From an uncultured Flavobacteriales bacterium (lineage in GTDB: Bacteria; Bacteroidota; Bacteroidia; Flavobacteriales_D; Sanyastnellaceae), in NCBI GenBank assembly GCA_913041135.1, contig CAJWIF010000002.1, positions 741 to 64,740 on the forward strand: a DNA stretch of 64,000 nt, written 5' to 3'. This document shows, one piece after another, positions 1 to 6,572 of the stretch (position 1 is the stretch's first letter; each line of letters begins with the position of its first letter). Made by a program: the position numbers and the translations under genes. Below the pieces are notes generated by a model, which saw only the letters and a list, made by a program, of their open reading frames with translations, was not told the origin of the DNA and did no database searches.

Positions 1-87
1 TGACGCTGACACGATAAGCTGCGCTAAGATTGATACGTTTTCCATTTTGTGTGTTTTGTTAAGGGAGTGAATCTGGGAATTGAACAT
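1..87 (-). CDS. 5' end of an unidentified CDS that runs off the left edge of the window
   Basis: The reverse strand from ATG (complement of 85-87) stays open to position 1: MFNSQIHSLNKTHKMENVSILAQLIVSAS. A second in-frame ATG lies at 45. It is absent from the ORF track because it is open-ended. It is too short to identify. Confidence 0.25.
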   Translation of the reverse strand, partial: MFNSQIHSLNKTHKMENVSILAQLIVSAS

Positions 88-222
88 GACCGCGTGAAAG
101 TGACGCCTACTCAAGCAAATATCCGACTTAATGTCAGGCTTGAGCCATCCAAAGTCAGAATGGTGATAATTCGTAGTGTGTAGCGAATCCCTCGTGCGAA
201 GTTCGTGATCCGTGCACTAGTG

Positions 223-230
223 TAAATTTG
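223..230 (+). promoter_or_regulatory. -7 promoter box TAAATTTG upstream of tag
   Basis: Perfect match to the Bacteroidota sigma-A -7 consensus TAnnTTTG, correctly oriented, 62 nt upstream of ATG 292. Confidence 0.4.
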
Positions 231-291
231 AAATAAACCGCTGCGACAGACCTGCTCGTTATGTTTGTCATCCAATAGCCACCCTAGTCGC

Positions 292-846
292 ATGGAACAA
301 CCGACTTCATACTGCCAAATGGTGGACACATTGGAAAGCGACAATGTTCACCGGATTTACCATGACGAACACTATGGTTTTCCGATTGACTCGGATGATG
401 AGCTCTTCTGTCGCTTGGTTTTGGAAATCAACCAGGCGGGGTTGTCTTGGACAACCATCTTAAACAAGCAGGACAATTTTCGAAAGGCCTATTCCAATTT
501 TAGCATTCAAGACGTTGCCCAATATGGTGACGAAGATGTGGAACGTCTATTGCATGATGCGGGCATCATTCGCAACAGGCTCAAGGTGCACGCCGCCATC
601 TACAATGCCGGTCAAATTTGTGCGCTGCAGGAGTCATTCGGATCTTTTCAGAACTGGTTGGCTCATCACCATCCCTTGCCGCTGCATGACTGGGTGAAGC
701 TGTTCAAAAAGATCTTCAAGTTCACCGGAGGAGAAATTACGAATGAGTTTTTAATGAGCACGGGGTATCTGCCTGGCGCGCATACAGCCTCGTGTTCCAT
801 CTATCCAAAAGTGCTCAAAGCAAGCCCGATGTGGAATGAGGTGTGA
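292..846 (+). CDS. tag: DNA-3-methyladenine glycosylase I
   Basis: The track ORF 265-846 starts at TTG; the first ATG is 292. Tag-like pattern: RIYHDEHYGFP, LVLEINQAGLSWTTIL, IIRNRLKVHA. Length is typical for the family. Confidence 0.85.
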   Translation: MEQPTSYCQMVDTLESDNVHRIYHDEHYGFPIDSDDELFCRLVLEINQAGLSWTTILNKQDNFRKAYSNFSIQDVAQYGDEDVERLLHDAGIIRNRLKVHAAIYNAGQICALQESFGSFQNWLAHHHPLPLHDWVKLFKKIFKFTGGEITNEFLMSTGYLPGAHTASCSIYPKVLKASPMWNEV

Positions 847-855
847 GTTGGTGGG

Positions 856-1995
856 TCAATGGAAAATCAATTGGACGGATTCGATGGGTTCGCTTTGTTG
901 CTTTACGTTCAGCACATAAACACCTGGGTCCAATTTCAACACATGAGACTCGCTCGCTCCACTAAGATTCCACGATTGGTGAATCCGTCCTGACAAATCG
1001 ATAACGTGTGCCTCAGCTGTTTGTCCAAAGGCCTCCCAGCTCAGCGTCATGGAGTTGGAGGTTGGATTGGGATATACCTGAAGGAGCAAAGGTGTTTTCG
1101 GACGGATGCTCAGCGCGCAATCCAATTCCAAAAGCAGGTCGTTTGAAGCTGCTGCATAAGCTTCGAACTCTCCCCAGGCTAGCGGGTCATCCCGCAAGAA
1201 GGTATCTAGCCAGGGGACCAATAAACCCAAAGTGAGTTCCAGTTGTTCCGCGTGCGACAACCCCTGAAATCCAATCTCACCTATATCGCAGAGGGTTCCT
1301 TGGTCTGCGAAACCGCAATGACTGCCATCCACCAAGGAAGCGAAAGCCCGACATGGTGCTCCGGTCGTGGAATGATACAACGGGAGGTGCTGGGTGTCAG
1401 GAGGCGTAATCGCATCTGCTGATCCCGACATGACCAACACGGGAACTTGAATGTCCGCGCCTGCCGCGCTTGCGGAGGGGTTGGTTTCAGCCGGCGCAAA
1501 GGCAACAACTGCGTCGATCAAGGGGTTCGTTGATGCCGCCAGCCAAGCAGCCCCACCGCCCATGCTGTGTCCTGCAATGGCCGCATGCGGTTGGAGCCAT
1601 CCGTCAAGAATTCCGGTAGCACCATTCTGAACCATTTCATTGGCCACAAAAGCCAGGTCCAATCCGAAATTTTGATGAGACGGCGCAAAGGTTTGTTCGG
1701 TGGCCACCAAGGCGACGACGTACCCTGCATTCACCATGCCGGCCGATAAATCATCATAATCGTCGGGCCCCATCACAAAACCATGACCAAAAACCACCAA
1801 GGGAAAGGGTCCGTTATCGGGAGTGGCTTCAGAAGTGGCAGAAACCGCAGGATACCGAACGTCACATGCGATTTCTCGTCCTCCTCGAGTGTCATCTATG
1901 AGCAACCAACTCGTCGTGCCCATCGGTTGTTGCGCCTGTAAAACGGTCCAACAACACATCGCGATTAGACTGAGAAAGGCGTGACTTCTTTTCAT
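856..1995 (-). CDS. secreted alpha/beta hydrolase (cutinase/PETase-like or dienelactone-hydrolase-like esterase) with T9SS C-terminal sorting domain
   Basis: Signal peptide MKRSHAFLSLIAMCCWTVLQAQ. Nucleophile elbow GHSMGGG. Candidate acid in SGSADAITPP and His in DGSHCGF. The last ~80 aa (LLQVYPNPTSNSMTLSW...GVYVLNVK...) look like a type A T9SS tail. Confidence 0.7.
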   Translation of the reverse strand: MKRSHAFLSLIAMCCWTVLQAQQPMGTTSWLLIDDTRGGREIACDVRYPAVSATSEATPDNGPFPLVVFGHGFVMGPDDYDDLSAGMVNAGYVVALVATEQTFAPSHQNFGLDLAFVANEMVQNGATGILDGWLQPHAAIAGHSMGGGAAWLAASTNPLIDAVVAFAPAETNPSASAAGADIQVPVLVMSGSADAITPPDTQHLPLYHSTTGAPCRAFASLVDGSHCGFADQGTLCDIGEIGFQGLSHAEQLELTLGLLVPWLDTFLRDDPLAWGEFEAYAAASNDLLLELDCALSIRPKTPLLLQVYPNPTSNSMTLSWEAFGQTAEAHVIDLSGRIHQSWNLSGASESHVLKLDPGVYVLNVKQQSEPIESVQLIFH

Positions 1996-2021
1996 GTGGA
2001 AAAGTTAAGAGGATTCACGCG

Positions 2022-2603
2022 TTAAGGCGTGTACTCAACTGCGCCGTCCAGAATGTAATTCATCTGGTAAACGTCATCAGAGTTCAGTCGGAATTTACCA
2101 GCGAACGTGAGGCGTTCATCCGTTTGGTAAACCCGGGGAGATTTGCCCGTGAAACGGAGGTCTACGACAGACTCGGGCCCTGCTCCACCGCAGAAAAAGC
2201 AATTCGCAAACGGGTAGCGACTCAATACATAAAAGTCTTCATCGAGGTCAACAGGAATCATGTATCCCGTGATATACAAGTCCTGACCTTCAAGATCTTC
2301 GATGCTCTGGCCAAACGTGGGTTTCCAATAATAGGCATCGAGCTCTTCGACATAAACGTCTTTGAATTCAACGTCCTCTAAGCTTCGCCACGTCAATTCT
2401 TCCCAGCCAGTTGCAGTCACTGATGCAGCCAATGGAGCGGCCTCACGATCCAAGCTTGCATTGCGCAAGGTGGTGGTCAGTTGAATGGTTTCATCACTCG
2501 GATGACAGAATGAACTGAAATCGACAACACACAAAGCGGATAAGGCGATGAGTCCCGCCATCCAAGACGAGCGGAGTATAGAAGTCGGTTTTGAGTGCAT
2601 CAT
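2022..2603 (-). CDS. DUF3299-like exported protein, third gene of an ABC module
   Basis: N-terminal hydrophobic segment. ITGYMIPVD...FYVLSRYPFANCFFCGGAGPESVVDL resembles the DUF3299 signature. Its ATG overlaps the permease stop (ATGA). Confidence 0.55.
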   Translation of the reverse strand: MMHSKPTSILRSSWMAGLIALSALCVVDFSSFCHPSDETIQLTTTLRNASLDREAAPLAASVTATGWEELTWRSLEDVEFKDVYVEELDAYYWKPTFGQSIEDLEGQDLYITGYMIPVDLDEDFYVLSRYPFANCFFCGGAGPESVVDLRFTGKSPRVYQTDERLTFAGKFRLNSDDVYQMNYILDGAVEYTP

Positions 2604-3781
2604 GGAGAATCAGAAAGAGTGCGGGAGATATCCATTCTTAGGGCCGAAATACCCGGAATTGCGGCAGCAACCAGCCCGACAAAGATAGCCAAGCCGACGA
2701 GAGCACCTTCAGCGCTGAGCAAGCCCAGTGACTCCCAGTCATAGCGGAACTTATCAGCCACCATTTGGGCCAAGAACACCATGCCTCCTCGACTCAGTAA
2801 CAGGCCCAAGATGGCACCTCCCAAACTGAGCAATCCTCCTTCCAAAAGCAGAGACACATATAAACCTCGTGGAGAAGCGCCCATGGTACGCATCAGGGCC
2901 AATTCATAACGACGCGCGAGCAGACTATCATAGACCGAAATGAAAATACTGGCGAAACTCAAGAGCATGATCAGTCCAGCAATCATGCGCAAGGTGTTCA
3001 TGCCGATGCCGAAATTTTGCGTGAGGCGATTGATTTCGATGGAGGGTAAGGCCACCTGCATGTTGGTTTCGCGGATGACGTTGGGAATGGTCAAAACGGC
3101 CAGGGGATTGCGCTTTTTGAGCAAAACAGCAGTGATTTCGCGGTTGGCATCGAGAACATCGCCTTCGTCTCCGTGCACCTGCCAGATGGTTTCGATGTTG
3201 CACAAAATCAACTGGTCCATCACGGATTGACTTTCTTCCATAATACCGACCACCACAAATGTCTTGTCCGTGTGGACATCTGTTTCGTCTTGCAATCCGT
3301 GTGCGCTGAAGAAGGTGTCACCGACTTGAAGGCCGTCCGTGGCAGCGACCTTGGATCCTACGACGACTTCGAAGGGGTGTTCCCACCACGCGCCGAATTG
3401 CAGTGTGGCGTCATAATGCTGGGGGTAGGCCAGGGTGCTTCCAACAATCCGGAATCCGCGGTAATTGTCACCGTATGCGAGCGGAATGCCCTCAGCGATG
3501 TAAGGATGGCGGATCACTTTCTCAGCATCTACCAAACGGATGTTGCCGGTGGGGGCATCGACGTGGTAGACGTTGGCCAAGATCAATTGTAGCGGACTGC
3601 CTTTGGCGCCAAGCACCAAATCAATGTCCTGAATGTTGCGTTCGAATGTATCGCGCAATTGCTTTTCTGACAGCATCAAGAGGCTCACCATGCCAACCCC
3701 GAATGCCAGCAAGATCAAACTCAAAGCTGTTTGGAGCTTCTTGGCCCCCAAATTCTTCCAGGCGATGTAGAGCCAATTCAT
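2600..3781 (-). CDS. ABC transporter permease, FtsX/MacB-type
   Basis: 393 aa. An N-terminal TM helix, a large extracytoplasmic domain, then three C-terminal TM helices typical of FtsX-like permeases. Start overlaps the ATPase stop (ATGA). Confidence 0.8.
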   Translation of the reverse strand: MNWLYIAWKNLGAKKLQTALSLILLAFGVGMVSLLMLSEKQLRDTFERNIQDIDLVLGAKGSPLQLILANVYHVDAPTGNIRLVDAEKVIRHPYIAEGIPLAYGDNYRGFRIVGSTLAYPQHYDATLQFGAWWEHPFEVVVGSKVAATDGLQVGDTFFSAHGLQDETDVHTDKTFVVVGIMEESQSVMDQLILCNIETIWQVHGDEGDVLDANREITAVLLKKRNPLAVLTIPNVIRETNMQVALPSIEINRLTQNFGIGMNTLRMIAGLIMLLSFASIFISVYDSLLARRYELALMRTMGASPRGLYVSLLLEGGLLSLGGAILGLLLSRGGMVFLAQMVADKFRYDWESLGLLSAEGALVGLAIFVGLVAAAIPGISALRMDISRTLSDSP

Positions 3782-4431
3782 GATACAGGAATGGCTAATG
3801 AGTTCAATTCAACCTTCCGGTCGTAGCGGTCTTTGAGCCGCTGGTCATGGGTGACAATGACCAAGGTCGCTCCGGCTTGAGCAGCTTGTTCTTCCAATAA
3901 ATTCAATACGGCTTGCGTAGAGCGGTCGTCTAGCGCGCTCGTCGGTTCATCCGCCAAGAGCACTGCAGGCCGGTGTACTAAAGCGCGGGCAATGCTTGCT
4001 CGTTGTTGCTCACCGACGCTCAAATCTTGAGGACGACTGTTGGCTTTGTGTCCGACACCCAGGGTGTCGAGCAGTGATTGGGCGTGATCGAGATCAGCCG
4101 TTTGGCCGGTCAGGAAATACGGTAGCGCCAAGTTCTCCAAGACAGAGAGGCTTTGAACAAAATGCGAACGCTGAAAGACGAGGCCTATTTGGTTGCCTCG
4201 AAACCGATCCAAATTCTTTCCGGTTAGCAATCCCAGGTCTTGGCCATTGATGAGCACCTTTCCTTGGTTTGGCCGCAAAATGCCACACATCAGGTGCAGA
4301 AGGGTCGTCTTGCCGCAGCCAGAATCGCCCAATAAAAGCATTTGCTCGCCTTTGGGACAAGACAAATCTGGGAATGTCAATTCCGGCGATTCAGCGCTGT
4401 AGCGAAAGGACAGGTGAGAAGTCTCAATCAT
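3778..4431 (-). CDS. ABC transporter ATP-binding protein (LolD/MacB-like)
   Basis: Walker A GDSGCGKTT, signature LSVGEQQR, Walker B LLADEPT. The track ORF extends to a TTG at 4503; ATG 4431 (MIETSHLSFRY) gives a typical N-terminus. Confidence 0.9.
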   Translation of the reverse strand: MIETSHLSFRYSAESPELTFPDLSCPKGEQMLLLGDSGCGKTTLLHLMCGILRPNQGKVLINGQDLGLLTGKNLDRFRGNQIGLVFQRSHFVQSLSVLENLALPYFLTGQTADLDHAQSLLDTLGVGHKANSRPQDLSVGEQQRASIARALVHRPAVLLADEPTSALDDRSTQAVLNLLEEQAAQAGATLVIVTHDQRLKDRYDRKVELNSLAIPVS

Positions 4432-4476
4432 GAAACCCGAATTTACAACGTCGAACGGGACGATGGGATACCCGAT

Positions 4477-4484
4477 TAACTTTG
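4477..4484 (+). promoter_or_regulatory. -7 promoter box TAACTTTG immediately upstream of the 4489 ORF
   Basis: Perfect TAnnTTTG match only 4 nt before GTG 4489. This implies a leaderless or near-leaderless transcript, or a start codon further downstream. Confidence 0.35.
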
Positions 4485-4488
4485 AAGC

Positions 4489-4905
4489 GTGAATTTTAAA
4501 CAACGTTTGCTTCGATACGGCTCAGGAGTCATCATCGGAGTGCTTTTGAGTTTAGCCATTTTTAGTGGAAGAGGATGCAGCGAATGGATGCCTGAAAAAC
4601 GGATAAAATCCCGCATTCAACTGAACAGTATCGAACTGGATGCTGTGGTTTCCTGTGCGATCGAGTGTTGGAAAAATCAACAAGGGAAGCCCTCTCCATT
4701 GGAAGCATGGCTGATGGATGCCGAGATTGACTGGTCGATGAGTGGACCGAGGGAGACGCCCCAACGGTATGTGTTCATCCTCCCAGCTGAAGCACCCTTG
4801 AAATCGGTTGAGTGCCAATTTTCACAGAACAGTGGATTGATCACGACGGCGGTTTATCGAGACAACGCCGATCGTTGCCAATGCGTCGTCGAATCTGAGG
4901 AATAG
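4489..4905 (+). CDS. small membrane-anchored hypothetical protein
   Basis: 138-codon ORF with a GTG start (TTG 4507 is an alternative). One N-terminal TM helix (GVIIGVLLSLAIF) followed by a soluble part with several Cys. I do not recognise a family. Confidence 0.4.
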   Translation: MNFKQRLLRYGSGVIIGVLLSLAIFSGRGCSEWMPEKRIKSRIQLNSIELDAVVSCAIECWKNQQGKPSPLEAWLMDAEIDWSMSGPRETPQRYVFILPAEAPLKSVECQFSQNSGLITTAVYRDNADRCQCVVESEE

Positions 4906-4908
4906 ACA

Positions 4909-6492
4909 TTATTGGCGAACAATCGCCAGTCGACCACGCAATGGGGCCTCCGTCCCAACCGTCCAAGCTTCCACGATATACGTTCCAGGAACCATTCCGG
5001 CCGTGGACCACGAATAAGGGGATGAGGCAAAATTTAAGGAGGCGTCGTGCACGACCCTCCCGCTGGAATCCACGATACGCAGCCGTTCCAACACCGTATT
5101 GTCTCCTAAATTCATGAAGATCTCTGTGCCGACTCCAGCAGGATTGGGAGAGAACAACAGTGTTTCAGGTCGAGGCTCATTGTCCGTCACATCGTCCGGA
5201 TCAAATTGCATGCGGTATACGTGTTGCACGGTGCACAAGTACAATTCGCCGGCATTGTCTTCGCTCATCGCAAAGCGGTATTCATACGCGCCTTGTTCCC
5301 ACGATGCAAAGCCTCCAGGGACTTGAATGTCCAAAGGAGCCTCGAGCCATGAGCCATCGGCTTGTTCGGTCAACGTCCAGAACCGGACATCCTCGAAACC
5401 ACAATAGTCCGTGAAGACATAGCTCCCATACAACGTTGGAATGGGACCGCGGTAGCGATAGCCTCCGATAATGGAACACCATCCTTGCTCATGCGGATAG
5501 GAGAAAATAGGCAGCTCAAGCGTTACGCCTTCTGGAATACAATCGACGGTCGGTTCGTAACACATGGGCCCCTCCATGAGACGCCAACCAAAGTTCAATC
5601 CTCCTGTGGAGCTGGCCGGTTCAAAATTGACTTCTTCCCAGTCGACCTCCCCGACATCGCCGATGAATTTGTCGCCCGTCAACCGGTCGAAACTCCATCG
5701 CCATGGATTGCGGAATCCAACTGCCCAAATTTCATCCAACGCATTGGGATTTTCCATGAATGGATTGTCCTCTGGAATGGTGTACGGCGCCAAGCCATTG
5801 ACTTCGATGCGCAGCATTTTGCCCAACAAGGATTCCAGATTCTGGCCATTGCCAATCAGGCCGTGATCGTCCCCACCACTTCCTCCTCCCGTTTCACCCG
5901 TGCCCGTTCCACCGCCATCGCCGGTGGTCAAATACAAAAAGCCATCCAATGGGCCGAAGTGCAGTTGTCCGCCATTGTGTCCGCGAGCAGGCTGCTCCAA
6001 TTCCAAAACTTCGAACCATTGCGTCACGTCTGCGACGGTATGCTCCGGATTGGTGCCAAAGCAGAGGAGTCGCTCATCGATGATGCTTCCCGTACCATCG
6101 GGACGGTAGCCGTTGTACATGATATAAAACAGCCCATTCTCTTCAAAATCGGGATCCAAGATGAGGTCATTCAAGCCTTGTTCACTACTAATTCCATAAT
6201 CCACAAGGTCCAAGCCCGATGCGCTCAAATCGAGAAACGGTTCCTCGCGTACTTCGCCCGACGTTTCATCGAACCACATCACCAAGCCATTGTGGCACAA
6301 GATGAGCAGGCTCGTCTCATCGATGGCATGCGAAGCGGGCCTCACCCCAACGGGAGAATCGGCCGTAACCAATCGCTCGGCGACAATGGCTGTGGGAGCA
6401 CTTTGTGATGCCAACGGTCCGGCAAGCACAAGTGCCGAAACGAAAGGAATCCATGCACGACTGGATAAAATCAGGGAATGAATGAATCGCAT
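4909..6492 (-). CDS. PQQ-dependent soluble sugar (glucose/sorbosone) dehydrogenase-like beta-propeller with T9SS C-terminal domain
   Basis: GHNGGQLHFGPLDGFLYLTTGDGGG, LLGKMLRI, AVGFRNPWRWSFD and LNFGW match the GSDH family pattern. Signal peptide from ATG 6492 (MRFIHSLILSS...). C-terminal LLFSPNPAG...GTYIVEAW tail. The track ORF extends to 6558. Confidence 0.8.
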   Translation of the reverse strand: MRFIHSLILSSRAWIPFVSALVLAGPLASQSAPTAIVAERLVTADSPVGVRPASHAIDETSLLILCHNGLVMWFDETSGEVREEPFLDLSASGLDLVDYGISSEQGLNDLILDPDFEENGLFYIMYNGYRPDGTGSIIDERLLCFGTNPEHTVADVTQWFEVLELEQPARGHNGGQLHFGPLDGFLYLTTGDGGGTGTGETGGGSGGDDHGLIGNGQNLESLLGKMLRIEVNGLAPYTIPEDNPFMENPNALDEIWAVGFRNPWRWSFDRLTGDKFIGDVGEVDWEEVNFEPASSTGGLNFGWRLMEGPMCYEPTVDCIPEGVTLELPIFSYPHEQGWCSIIGGYRYRGPIPTLYGSYVFTDYCGFEDVRFWTLTEQADGSWLEAPLDIQVPGGFASWEQGAYEYRFAMSEDNAGELYLCTVQHVYRMQFDPDDVTDNEPRPETLLFSPNPAGVGTEIFMNLGDNTVLERLRIVDSSGRVVHDASLNFASSPYSWSTAGMVPGTYIVEAWTVGTEAPLRGRLAIVRQ

Positions 6493-6509
6493 GAGAAGGG
6501 GTTGCAGAC

Positions 6510-6517
6510 TAACTTTG
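6510..6517 (+). promoter_or_regulatory. -7 promoter box TAACTTTG for the pentaheme cytochrome gene
   Basis: Perfect TAnnTTTG match, 55 nt upstream of ATG 6573. Confidence 0.4.
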
Positions 6518-6522
6518 AGGTG

Positions 6523-6530
6523 CAAAGATA
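6523..6530 (-). promoter_or_regulatory. -7 promoter box TATCTTTG for the PQQ-dehydrogenase gene
   Basis: The reverse complement of caaagata is a perfect TAnnTTTG match, about 30 nt upstream of the minus-strand ATG at 6492. It interleaves with the opposite-strand box at 6510-6517. Confidence 0.4.
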
Positions 6531-6572
6531 TTGTGTCCGAACCTGAACCCCTCTGCAACGGTTGTTAAGTCT

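Noticed and set aside
100-215. Stem-loop CTCAAGC...GCTTGAG and a GTTCGTGATCC stretch that superficially recalls a tRNA T-arm in the first intergenic region.
   Set aside because: I could not build a cloverleaf, acceptor stem or anticodon arm. It is most simply a divergent promoter region between tag and the left-edge ORF.
5362-6408. 348-codon plus-strand ORF antisense to the PQQ dehydrogenase gene. Similar long antisense ORFs occur at 11314-11943, 25766-26428, 30027-30647, 33254-33835, 51035-51841, 52919-53797, 60313-60858, 61674-62204 and 62991-63530.
   Set aside because: Each lies fully inside a gene with clear family motifs on the other strand. The translations are low-complexity or Arg/Ser/Pro-rich with no recognisable motifs. 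They are shadow ORFs, expected at this GC content.
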